In this document: in pieces, positions 46,601 to 58,700 of the stretch
Layout: every line of letters starts with the position of its first letter
Numbering within the stretch: the first letter of the stretch is position 1
Notes under the pieces: model-generated
The model's input: only the letters and a program-made list of their open reading frames with translations
The model's database searches: none
Told to the model about the DNA's origin: nothing
Origin: Cyanophora paradoxa CCMP329
Taxonomy: Eukaryota; Plantae; Glaucophyta
DNA length: 64,000 bases
Assembly: GCA_004431415.1 (NCBI GenBank)
Contig: QPMI01000658.1
Coordinates: 142,314-206,313, forward strand
Direction of reading: 5' to 3'
Position numbers and translations under genes: made by a program

Positions 46601-48931
46601 TCTTGACTTCACTTGGCTTTACAATAGCGCCCTACGACGAGCGCGTCTTCGTCGACGCGTCGCTCGCGGAGGAGGGCTGGGCCCCGACGAGGCCCTGCGC
46701 GACCCCGACACCCTCGACCTGTACTTCGTCGACGTCAACGCCGCGCTCCGCTACGCCTACGGCAGGACCGGCGCTGCGGACGCGGGCCACCCGCTCCAGG
46801 TGCGAGCGAACGTAGCGACGCTCGAATTCGATTTCGCGCGCTGACGATCGCGACGCCGCCTCGTCGCGAGCAGATTGGCATCTTCTTGAAGCCGGGCATG
46901 TACTATCAGAGCGTCAACGCCTCGTGGGACCTTCCCGCTGTGTCCTTTGCCGCCGGTGCACGCATCTGGGTGCGCTCAGGATTGCCGCGCGCGGTCGCAG
47001 GAAAAGTATCCCTGGCGTCTAATTATATAATGCTTCCATCAGATACGATCCCTCAGCGGGCTTCGCCAGGGGACCAATTCCGCGTACGCGTGATCTCTCA
47101 CGTCATGCTGCATGTTTGAAGTGGTTCTGATTTTCGCCATTTCGTTTGCAGGGAGGACACTATTCTGACGTGCGGCGGCATGGGCCACGCGATCTCCCTC
47201 TCGCACGCCTCGCCCCTCGTCTCGTTCCTCGGCGTTAGCATCGCCAAGTGCGGCGCGGTGGAGAGCTCCACCCGAGTGGACGCGAGCCGCTCCGGCGCCG
47301 CGGTCTCCGTTGTCGGGCTCAAGGACATCGTGTTCAGGGTACTCGGCCTCTGCCATCTCCGAGCGCGAGCGCGGGCGGCTGATCCCGTTCGCAGAACATC
47401 ATCTTTGCACGCAACGGCAACCAGAACGCAAGCGCAGATGGCCGTGGTGGCGCTGTGGCGCTCTTCGCTGGAGCGTCGGCGGCCTTCGAGAACTGCATTT
47501 TCGTGCAGGTGCCGGCACCCGCGGCTAATAACAAACTATGATCTCCGCTCGTTTGCGCTGACAACGACGCAGAACGACGCGCGCCGAGGCGGCGGCGCCG
47601 TTGCCGTCCTCGACGGCAGCGAGGCACGGTTCGAGGGCTGCGTCTTCTCGAGCAACTCGGCCCCGATCGCGGCGCCGTTCTGGTGTCCGGCGCCCGCGCG
47701 GCGTCCTTCCTGCGGACGGGTTTCCAGGTGCGCAACGCGATCTTGCGGAGGGAGCTGGCCTGGGGCGATTCCGCGCGCGCGTGCCTCCGCAGAGGAACGC
47801 GGCGGTCCCTCCGCCGGAGATGGAGGACGACACCATTTCCGCCTCGATCGCGATGACGAGCCCCGCGGCGGTCGAGAAGTGGCTCGGCGGGGCCGTGGCA
47901 GTGCAATCCGCGACGGAGGCAGTGCGGTTCGACGTCGCAATCTTTGAGGGCAACGCCGCGCACTTCGGCGCGGCCATCTCGGCCGCGAGCCGCGTCGTCG
48001 TCACGCGCTCTCAAGTGTCGGGCTCGAACGGAGGGGCCGTGTGGGTCCGGTCGACCGAGGCGCGCCTCGAGCTCACGGCATTCTCCGGGAACGAGAACGT
48101 CATGCCGCTGGCCGCCGGAGCCGTTGCCTGCAGCGGCGCGGGAGCTTCCCTCTCCGTCTTCGCTTCGACCTTCGACGACAACTGGGGGTGTACGGCGGCG
48201 CGGCTCGGGTCTTCGACGGGTGCCGCGCAAACACTTCGCTCTCCGCGTTCTCGCGTGCGCCCCGGCCCGCCGCTTCTGCTCGCCACAGCCCCTCCATTCC
48301 GAATCCCTTTTAATATCCGACCAGGCAACGTGGCGCTGGCGGGTCCGGGGGCGCCGTGATGGTGGGTCAGGCGGCGGACCCAGGCTCTGCAGTGGCGTCG
48401 ACCTGGGCATCCTTCGACCAGGTCGAGTTCCGCGAGAACGTCGCCGGGTTCCAGACGAAGGGCAGGCGGCGGAATTCGAGGCCGACCCGACGCTCGGCTC
48501 CGGTGGCGCGCTAGCCCTCCTCGCCCCGCTCGACGGGGCCGTGCCCATCTCCGGCTGCCTCTTCGCAAAGAACCGCGCGGCGCTGGGCGGCGGCCTCTTC
48601 GCCAATGCGTCCGTGCGCATCGACGGCGACACGATCTTCTTCTCGAACGAGGCGGGCTTCCCGTGGTTCGACGCGCACGCCCAGCGCGAGGTCCAGATCG
48701 GCGGCGGCGCGCTCCTCGCATTCGCGGCCGCGCCGAACCACGTCGGGGGCGCGCTTTTCGCGCTGAACAAGGCACACGGCGCCTTCGGCGGAGGCCTCGC
48801 GATGCTCGGGGGGTCGCTGGAGATCCGCGGTCCGCGCTTCCTGTCGAACGCAGTGCTCGGGCCCGACAGCCAGGGCGGCGGTGCGCGCGCGCGCCCTCCG
48901 CGCCACCCTGCGCTGCCAATTTCGCACTGAG
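43651..48931 (+). repeat. Tandem segmental amplification, copy C, interrupted by an LTR retrotransposon
   Basis: Collinear with 14821-20098 until ...ttcgcactgag, then switches abruptly to tgtcggatg. Confidence 0.95.
43651..48931 (+). pseudogene. 5'-truncated copy of the Kelch/beta-helix gene (copy C), interrupted in an intron by the Gypsy element
   Basis: Same exons as copy A 14821-20050. Confidence 0.75.
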
Positions 48932-49187
48932 TGTCGGATGAGAGGATTCCCACCCGGTGCAGCGTCCGTGCGGTCACGCACGGGCTGGGGCTGTAGCTGG
49001 GAGCACAAGTGGTCTATTCACAAGTGTACCCGTCCAGGGATCGCGTACCCCCAAACGGAGTCGCGCCCGGCGCTAAGTCAGAATACAGAGAGTGCTAGAG
49101 CTAGCTGCTCGATAGCACTAGACTAGGGCTAGCGGCTACGCATAGACTGCCGGCTAGCCTAATCCGAGGGAATCGCGGCACGCGACA
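48932..49187 (-). repeat. 3' LTR (256 bp)
   Basis: Begins exactly at the break in homology with copies A/B. Ends are TGTCG...CGACA inverted. The adjacent 49188-49199 reads AGAGTGAGGAGT on the minus strand (polypurine tract). The second LTR is not visible to confirm the length. Confidence 0.8.
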
Positions 49188-49875
49188 ACTCCTCACTCTG
49201 CATACGGTGCGTCCTCGCACCGGACCGCGCCAAGCCGAACGTCGAGTCTGCATGCTCGACGGGGCGTCCACCCCACCGCCGGGTGTGCACCAACCACGGC
49301 AGCGACAGGGCGGCGGCGAGTGAACTCCTCTCGAAGTAGAATGTCCGTCGTCAGCAACCAGATATGCCAGGTAGCATAGCTCGCGACCGAAATAGGAGCC
49401 GATACCAGCATAGTGCATGTACCTAGGCAACCCCAGGCCAAGCTCGAAAGATGGAAAAGCATAGAACTCGAAACCCCCCAAAAGCTGGCCCAAACTCGCT
49501 CCAACGGCGAGAGCCGAAGGAGAGTGGCACGGATGGGAAGTTTCACCGCCTCGGGAAGAAACCAGCGAGGAGGTATCCGGGCCGCCCATCAGGCCCAACG
49601 AAAGGATAGGGCACGACTGAGTGCACCCCCAGCCAGCAACCTCGAGCCCCTCACGGACCCGCAGGCACCCGGGAGGCCTACACCCAGCCACTCTCCACGA
49701 GCGACGGGCCCAGATCCCAGAAAATGGAACGAAAGGCCCAGATGGCGCCCCGTGATTGGCCACCAGCCAACCCACGTCCCACCTCGGAAGCCAGGGCTGA
49801 GGCAAAGCGGGCAAAGAAATCTGCCCACGGCGCAAGCACAGCGATCGCAAAGGGAACAGCAATGGGACGAGCTTC

Positions 49876-51500
49876 TCACAGGTCGTCGACCAAAATCGCG
49901 TCATCCATCTCAACCTCGTCGCCCTCGGCAGCCCGCTCGGGCCCTCGGCGTCGACGTCAGGGGCGAGAGGTGGATTTTGTTCTTGAGCGGGCGAGTCCGC
50001 GAGTGCGGGTCGATCGCCGGCTCGTCGGCGTTCACAGCAGTCTTCCGAGGCCGACCAACGCGGGGACGGGCTTGAGACTCGGAGAGACGCGTGCGGAACG
50101 GAAGCATGCAGTCGATGTGGGCAACAGTCTCACGCAGAGGACGGGTACGGGCATCGTCCTTGGCGGAGTAGGGCTTAGCCGACCCTTGACCGTGTAGGTG
50201 TAACCGCCAGGGTTAACACCAGTCACAGTGTAGGGCCCGACCACGAATTGTACAGCCCTTTGTTGTGTTCGCCCATCCAGCACAATACCTTGTCGCCAAC
50301 CTCAAAGCGGCGACGATGAGGCGGGTTGCCGGTGCGAGCAACCATGCGGTTCCGATAGAACCGACGGTACTCGCGCGAGGCAGCGTCGGCGCTCGCGGCA
50401 GCTCGCGTCATCGCGAGAAGGTAATCAGCCGGGTGCGTGTGGTCGGGTTCACGAAGCGGACGCCGGCTCCGAAGCGCACTTCGCAGGCAGGTGCACTTCA
50501 GAACCGCGGTGCAAGACCATCGGGGAGAACCGGTGGCGGAGTGCACGGTGGTCCGCAACGCGAGAACGATATCGGCGTTGTAAAGAGGCCAGTCAGAGAG
50601 CGGCCGCTTGTGCTCACGGCACATGGCGTAAGCGAGAGTCTTGTAGACTCCGCCCAGGCGCTCGGCGCCGCCGTTCGAGGCGTGGTGGTAGGCGGCCGCG
50701 TGCACGAACCGGGTACCCTTCTCCTTGAAGAACGCGTTCCACGCGCCCCAACGAGTTGGACCCGCGGTCCGTCAGGATGCGCGCGGGCACGCCCTCGTGC
50801 GTATAGAAGTCGATCGCGGTGGCGAGCAAGGCCTCGCCGGAGATACGGAGAGCGGGTAGATATAGCAGAACTTGGTGTATGCGTCGACGTACGCGATGAT
50901 GTATCGCGAACCGTCTTCGTGCATATCCAAGTGGAAGATATCCACCTGCCACAGGTCTCCCTTGCCCGAAGGCTGTATCACCTGAATGGCGGTACGGCGG
51001 GGCTTCGCGGCCTTCGCGAACTGACAGTGCGGGCACGACCGCACAAAGCGAGCGATGGAGGCGTACATGCCAGGCCACCAGAACCGCAGGGCGATCCGAC
51101 GGGCTATCACGGGCGCGCCTCGATGGGCCCAGCCCTCGTGATAGCGTAGAGCACCCTGTCGATCCAAGCGTCCGGCAAGACGGGTAGGAACCGGCCGGCA
51201 GGGACCAAGGGTTGCGCTCGATGACGCCGTCGTCGGCCAGGCTGAACTCGCCGGCCAGGCGTGCAAAGCGCTCCTTGGCCCGCAGGCAGTGAGCGCAGCT
51301 GGGCGAGCAGGGATCTGCGTCGCGCCTCGAGCCGCGGTACAGACAGTTGGATTCTCGCCCTCTGCGTGGAAGGCGAGAAGCTTCTTGCAGAAGGAATCCT
51401 CCTTCTGAGCGGCGAGCAGACGCTTGCGCTTCTCGGGCGGGAACATACGGCGCAGCGCGTCGGGGAGCGCCCCATCGACGGCTGGCGAGGGTCCGCAGGC
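49876..51500 (-). CDS. Gypsy integrase (HHCC zinc finger, DDE core, GPY/F module; no chromodomain seen)
   Basis: YHEGWAHRG...RFWWPGMYASIARFVRSCPHCQ; WQVDIF...YIIAYVDAYTKF; ILTDRGS; YHHASNGGAER; WSGPYTV; ends ...DDAILVDDL* at 49876. Several frameshifts. Confidence 0.92.
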
Positions 51501-52849
51501 CCACGCGTCGAGGACGGTATCCACGAAGACCGGCTTGCACGGCGGGCGAACGTCCCGGCCTCTAGGGTCGAGTTCTACCCACCGCTGCGGGCAGCGGCCT
51601 CGGCGGCGACCGTCTCAGGCTCGAGCGGGGCGGCGTCGTCGGAAGCCTGCCCGCGGGCAGAGGGCGACCTCGAGCCCGCGGCGCTGGCTTGGGTCCGGGG
51701 GACCGGCCGAACGCGGATCTGGTGGCGAGCAGTCTCCGGGGAGAGCGAGCGTCGGCGCGGAGGCCCGGGAGGCGGCTCGCCCTCAGGGTCCTCCGGCTCC
51801 CACTCAATATGAATCGGCACCGGCCGATCCGAGGGTCGACCGGGGAGCGCCAGTGGCGCGTGTTGTACTCATCTCGAGGCTGCCGCCTCAAGGCGGGGCC
51901 GCGAGGGAAGAGCGCGTCGGGATGCAGGGGCCGCGGCTCGGCAAATCCCTTGGCGCCCCACCGACGGGGCCCGGTTTCCGAGCGCTTCGGGACTCGCTCC
52001 GCAAGAGCGAGGGGAAGCCGTCAGCGTCGCAGGCGTCGGAGGGACAGGCCCTTCCGGCAGCGACTCGTCATCGATCTCGCCCGAGGCCTCGGCCTCTGCG
52101 TGAGCGTCCTCTAGCAGCGCGGCCGGGCGCCCAGGTCGCCCTCAGGGGCGTCGGGCATCTCCGCGTCCGAGGGAGCCTCGCGCTCCTCGACAGCGGGCGC
52201 CGGGCCCGGCTCTCGTCGTTTCGGGGCGGCGAGACCGACTCTGGCGCGGGAGGCGCGAAGCGCTCTGGGGCGGCCCGCGCTCGCTTGCGCGTGGCGGCGT
52301 CAGTAGCCGAGGCGGAGGCCTTGGCCTCAGCGAACCCAGCCGACGCAGCAAGCTTGGCGAGCTCGCGGGCAGGCGTCGCGGCGCGCGCTCTGGCGGCGGG
52401 GGCTCGGCGTCGGAATCGGTTTCCGCAGCACCGCCAGCCTCACCCTCAGGCTCGGGCGCGGGCGCTTCAGGGCGCCGGCGTCGGGCTCGGCCTCAGGAGC
52501 ACTGGCTGGCACAGGGGCCGCGACTCCTCCTCTGCATAAGAGGAGCGGCCCGGCGGGGAAGAGGGGGCGCTCGCAGGCGCCGCCCGGGGCGCTCGGCGTC
52601 TAGCGGCTCGGCCACCCTCGGCTGGGCTTCCGCGCGGAAGCCGGCGGAGTTGGCGAGCTGGCGCAGGGCCCGCTCGGTCGGGCCCAGCTGCATCCTAAAG
52701 ATGCCCAGCGGGACGTCGGGATCCTCAGGCTCAGCCCTACAGCATGTTGCGGGATGCCGAAGCCTTCGGCGCCCTTGTAGGCCGCGGGCTTGGACGAGGA
52801 ACCGTCTGCACCGCCTGGCTGCCAGACGGGGTGGTCCTTAGGGAGACGC

Positions 52850-54200
52850 GAGCACGCGTCGGGACCCCCGTTCTGCTTGCCAGGGCGGTAGACGATCTCA
52901 AAGTCGTAGGCCTGCAAGAGCAGGGACCAGCGACCGAGGCGGCCCGTCGTCGGTCCAGCGTCTTCAGCCACTGGAGGGCGTGGTGGTCGGTCCGCACCAG
53001 GAACTGGGGCCGCCCAGCAGATAGTGGCGCCAATACTTAATGGCCCAGACTACTGCGAGGCACTCCAGCTCCGTAGCGGAGTAGTTCATCTCGGCCGGCA
53101 GCAGCGTGCGGCTGATGAACGCGAGCGGCCGCTCGACGCCTTTGTCGTCGGCCTGGCTCAGAATTGCGCCGATAGCGTAGGTGCTGGCGTCCGTCTGGAG
53201 AATGAAGGGCTTCGAGAAGTCCGGGAACCGCAATATAATATCGCGGCCCAGGAGTTCTTTCAGCTCCTTAAAGGCGCGGTCGGCGGGCCGTCCTCTGGCC
53301 AACTCCAGACGGCGTCCTTCAATAGAAGGCGCTGCATGGCGTGCACCACTTTGGAGAAGTTCTCGACAAAGCGGCGGTAGTAGCCGGCGAGGCGAGAACG
53401 AGCGGAGCTCGTCCGCGTTCTTCGGCGTCTGCCAGTCCGTGATCACCTTGGTCTTCGCAGGGTCCTGGCGGATCCCTTCGGCGGAGATGCGGTGGCCGAG
53501 AAGGTCGATTTCAGGCACGCAGAAGCGGCACTTCGACGGCTTCAGGCGCAGGTTCGCCTTAGAGATCGTCTCGAAGAGCGCCTTCAAGTCTAGAAGGTGC
53601 TGATCGATGGACGGTGAGAAGACCGTGATATCGTCGATGTACGCGACGACGCAGGTGGTCAGCAAGGGCCCAGGATCGCAGTGATCGCGCGGGAGAATGC
53701 CGCGGGCCCGTTCGTGACCCCAAACGGCGTAACCTTCCACTGAAAGTGACCCCAGGGACCACAAATGCAGTGTAGGCTCGGAGCCGGGGTGCAGAGGCAG
53801 CTGCCAGAAGCCGGCAGTCGCGTCAGCAGTCGAGAAGACCATCGAGCCGCGGAGGCGCTCGAGCTGGTCGTCTATGCGGGTAGGGAAACACGTCCCGCTC
53901 GGTGATCTGATTCAGCCTCCGATAGTCGACACAGAAACGCCAAGTGCCGTCCTTTTTGGGGCCAGCACTACCGGCGAGCCATATGCCGCTTGGGAGGGCT
54001 CGATCAGCCCAAGCTCAAGGAGTTTCTGAATTTCCTTGCGGGCGTGTTCCTCGGCGTGCGGGTTCATACGCCGCGGAGGCGTGAACACCGGAAGGCGAGT
54101 CGTGAGTTTGATCACGTGCTCGTAATAGAGCAGGTTGCTGGTGCCCTCTTTGGCCTCGACCTTGTCTGCGAAGACATCCTTGTAGCGCCGCAGGAGCGCG
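52850..54200 (-). CDS. Gypsy reverse transcriptase and RNase H
   Basis: [20 protein letters not shown]; [13 protein letters not shown]; VAYIDD (53630-53641); [27 protein letters not shown]; [16 protein letters not shown]; TDHHALQWL; [24 protein letters not shown]. Confidence 0.97.
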
Positions 54201-55379
54201 TGAAGTTCGGCTTTCTGCGCCGTCGTGATTGACGGGTGAGAGCCGAGCTCAGGAATCTTCTTCAGCAGCTCTTGCCACTCCTCCTCTGCATTAGGCACCG
54301 GCCGCGGTGCCTCAGCGGGCTTCGCGTCGGGTGCTGCAGTCGTAGGGGGTGGGCATCGGGCCGGGCCGAAAGCGAGGCTGTGACCACACTCTGGGGTGGG
54401 CCTCGGCGTCGGCGACCGGTGCGGCCTTGCGGACCGTAACGTCGCCGCGCATGGCGCGGACTGCATCGAGCAAGTCGCGCTCCGCTTTTTCGGAGAGACC
54501 GGGGAAGGTCGAGCGCAGGGTGGCGTCTCTGGGGACGGACACTGCCTCGACTGCGGCGACGAACTCGTCGACCGAGGGCCTGTGATCGGGCCGGCGTTGG
54601 GGACGCGCTTCGTGACGACGTGCTCATAGCATCGTCGTCGAGGCTAATGATGCTCATAGCATCAAGGTCCTGCAACGGCCGGTCGGCTGTGTCGAAGGCA
54701 GCTCGCCAAACGTGACGACTATATCGTCGACGTCGTAGGGCGGTGCGCGGGGTGGTCGGCGGGCTCAGCAGGCGCTGCGCTAGACAGAGCGCGCTGCTTT
54801 CCGCCTCATCTACGACAGAACGTAGGGTGGAGATTATTTTCTCAACGTCTTTGGCGGGCTCATATGCCGCGCCAAGCATGCGTGCTTTTCTATTAAAGTG
54901 GCGGAGTCCAGTGCGGCGTTTGGCAGGCACGATTCGCAGCCGGCGAATCAAGAGGTCTGTCAATGCACTCGCACTACAAGGCATTTGCTCAGGTTCGTAC
55001 TCAAAATCACCAGCGGTAGGGCGACCGCCGAAGCGACCGCTACTACCGATCCTAGCGGCAGGGTTACCGGCTGCCGGCCAGGATTGCACAACCGCACGTG
55101 AAACATTTTGTCTCCCGGGTGATTATGCAGCTGGTAAGGGCAGAGTACGCCAAGGCTTGCGGGACTCCGGCGACGGCTCGACGTAGAGGTGCGGCAACTC
55201 ACGCGTTGCCGGCCCTGCCCATTGAGCGTGCATGGGACGAGGGCCTCTCCGACGGGGAGCTTTACTGGTCCCAGGACTCGGACCAGGATCCCAAGCTGGT
55301 CCGGAGCCGAAAAGGGACGACGACTTCGCGGTGCAGGTGGTCACGGGCCCGGAGCACCACCCGGACAGCGTCGTGTCGA

Positions 55380-55700
55380 TCTGGCCGTGGACGGCCTGGA
55401 TCGCGTCCAGGCCGAGCAGAATGTCCGGCTCAACGCCCATGGCGCCGCGCGGGACGACGAAGACGCGGCGCAGAAGCGGAGCGAGCCCAGAACGAAGACT
55501 ACGTCGGCGCGGCGACAACGAATTTTGTCCGGTCCATGAAACCGCGGACTATCGTGTGGCCCTCGACGTAATTGACTTCGTCGGGCGGCAGGCGGTCGAG
55601 GACTTCCTGGGGAACTACAGTTCCCTGGCGCCCGTGTCGACAACAATGCGAGCGGGCCGTTCAGCGCCGGAGCGGCCGTTCGGCAGGCGCATAGCAATGC
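55380..55700 (-). CDS. Retropepsin aspartic protease
   Basis: RIVVDTGA (DTG at 55630-55638) and downstream DILLGLDAI motif. Confidence 0.88.
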
Positions 55701-58700
55701 TGCCGTGAATGTGCAGTGTCTTTGGCCGGAAGAATTCCAGGGCCGGTCGCGCGGGAAGCTAGGTCGGGCGCGGCGGACGTGGAATTCTGGTTCCGGCGGC
55801 GCGGGTGGACCCGACAGGTCCGTTGCGCTTGCGGTTGGGGATGGGGCCGGGACTGGCGAGCGCGGCTCGCTCGGCGACTCGGCGCTGCTCTGCCTGGTCG
55901 GCCAACGGCGAGGGCTTGGTCCGCTTGCGCGGGCCCGGCCGTGGCGGTTGGCGTAGAGCAACTCGTCGCTGGGCGGGTCATAGCCGGCGCGCGTTCCCAG
56001 CGGCGTCTCCTCTGCCGGCGGGCACGGCGAGGGACGGCGGTTTTTGGAGCCAGGCGTGGCCCGCGGGCATGAGAGCTTCCTCGTCGGAGGTCAGGCCCTC
56101 GGGTAAATGATCGCGGCGGCCTCGAGCGCGTTCTGCGGGGCGAACGCCGCTGTCGCGCTGACCCGAGAACCACGCGCGAGTCGGCCGTGGCGGGGCCTTG
56201 TAGCCCGTTTGCGCATCGAGATGCCGTAGCGGTCCATGATCGCCTGATGCACTGCGCGTAAGGCGGGCTCCAGGTCTTTGGATCGACCTGCAGCATTTGC
56301 GCGGGGTTCGACAGCCAGTTGAAGACCAGCACGGTCGAGCGCGGCCCGAGCTTGTCAGCAGGCGGCGGGCCCAGGCCGGCGCAGGCTCGCGGCTCTTTGG
56401 TGGGCCGGGCGGCGGCGCGGCTGGCGCCGGCGGCGCGACTGTTTGAGCGGGCGGCTCGTGACGACCGTCTGGACGCGGCGGATCGAGATGTACTTCTCGT
56501 CCGCCGGCACCGCACAGCGGCCCGGACCGACGCCGGCGTATGCAAGTGGGCGGAAGTCACAGGGCGCGCGGCCTCGTGCCCGCGGGGTGACGACGCTTCT
56601 GCGACGGTGTATACCGCGAAGAAGGCTTTGGGTTGGCTTTTGCCGCGGCCTGCATTGCCACGCGAGCCTCGTGCTGGCGCTCGCGCTCAAGCAAGGCTCG
56701 CCAGTCTTTGGTGCGATCGAGCGTGGCCCGCAGAGCCTCGAGATCGGCACGGGGCCCGTCTGGGAGGAGCGAGATCATCATGCCCGTCTCCCCAGCGGAG
56801 AGGCTGATCTGCATATCGATGCCGGCCCGGAGGCGCGGCAGACGTCTTCCAGGGCCGCCGAGCGCCTGCTTTGCCTGGGCGAAGGCTTCGTCTGAGACCT
56901 TCTGAGCGCCGCCGGGCTTGGCGCGCGTCTCGGCGTGGCTAGCGGCGGTGCGGATCTGGCGCTCGACTGTTTGAAGCCAAAGCCCAATTCCGTGACCCTT
57001 GGCCCCGGATCTTCACGTCGCGGCAGCTCGAGCACTCGCGCACAAACTGCAGGAGGCCCCTGCTGGGACGTCAGCCTGGGGTTGAAAGTCGTGGCGGCGG
57101 AGGCGCGCGGCGCGCCACTGAGGCGCGCGGCTGCTCCGGCGTCGACTGGTCTGCGCGCGGCGGCTCGCCTGGCTCGCACGCGATGACCGCTCCTGGCCTG
57201 AGAGATGAGGCGCGACCCTCCGCAGGCTTGGACGGCGCCGCCGACTGCGGACCGGCCTCGCTCTGCCCTCAGGCCCCTCTAGAAAGGGCTGCTGGCGCTC
57301 GTTGCGTCCGCCCGTCGGCGGCTGCCCACCCGATGGTGGCGCGGCGGCGCGGGCCGAGGACGACGCGGACTGAGCGTCCATCTGGTTCTGGAGCTTGATC
57401 AGGACCAGCGCGGTGGCCTGCTCAGCTCGCGCGGACGCCGAGAGCGAGTCTGGCATCTCAGCGTACTGCGCCTTCCAGACCATGTCGAAGAGCTCGCGCA
57501 ATGTGGGCGGCAGCCTCGCAGGCGGGCGTCGTTCTCGTGCCGCTTGTACGCAGCGTCTACGGCGCCGCGCGGCGGGTCCGCGGGCGGCGAGAGGACTGGC
57601 TGCTGCGAGGGCTGCGGCGTCTCGCGGCGAGGCGCGGTCGCGCGAGCCCTTCTTCGAGCTTTTGCGCCGCTTATCGTCATGGCGGGCTCCGGCTCGGCTC
57701 CGATCGCGCGAGCGCGAGCGGGAGCTAGAGCGGGACGGTGTTCGCTCCGGCGCGTTCCCGCGAGCCTCGGCGAGGCTCCGCCTGTCGCGAGTGTCGCGAG
57801 CCGTGGACCGTCGGCTCGGCGGCTGCGGTCGCGGCGCGGCGGCGAGCGATCACGGCGTCCGGGGAGCGGCGGCGGGAGCCTCGCGGTCCGGCGGTCCGGC
57901 GAAGGCGTCGGGAGCCTCGCGATCGCGGCGTTCAACGAACGCGGGACGGCGGCGGCGCCCGGATGCGGTGGGGCTCCGGGGCGCTCGCGGCGCGTGGAGG
58001 GCCCGCGTCTCGCGCCTGTCTGGGGTGCGAGAGCGGCGACTGACGGGGCTCGGCGCGGCTCGGTGTGCGCGAGCGGCGCTGAGACGAGGCCCGCTCAGGG
58101 GTCCGCGGGCCTGCGACGCGCGACTGGCCGTGTCGTCCCTGCGCTCGAGCTTGCCTCAGCCTGGCGGCTCGAGCTGGCGGCGCATCAAGGTCGGGAGGAG
58201 TCTCAGCCGGCGGGCTTGGTCTGGCGAGCGCTCTCGCGATCCGCTCGACCTTCACCTTCCGTCCGAGACGGTTACGCGCATGTTTGGGTCATACCCCTGC
58301 TGCCGCGCGAGGAACGCATCCAGCCCGAACGGGTCGTTCGGGTCGACAGCGGGTTGTGCGGGTTGCGCCTGGCCACCGCGCGGTCGCCGCCACGGTCACG
58401 GTGGCCTCGGCCGTCGCGACCGCGGTGCCGGCGCCCCGCTGGTGACCCTGCCCGCGGCCGCCTCGGCCAACGGCCTGGCCCGCGTTGCGCCGGGGCCGCG
58501 CCTGCTGCGGCGCCGTCGGCGGCGCGGCGGTCTGCGCAGCGGCTGCGCCGGCGCGGGCGCCGACGGGTGGCGATGCGCCGCCTCGGCGGGGTCGTCCGCG
58601 AGCCCGCCGACGATGGTTGAGGGCGGCTGGAACCGCACGCCCGCCACGTCGCGCGGACCGCTCCTTCGTAGATCGGCTGGTACGGCGTGCGAACCAGAAG

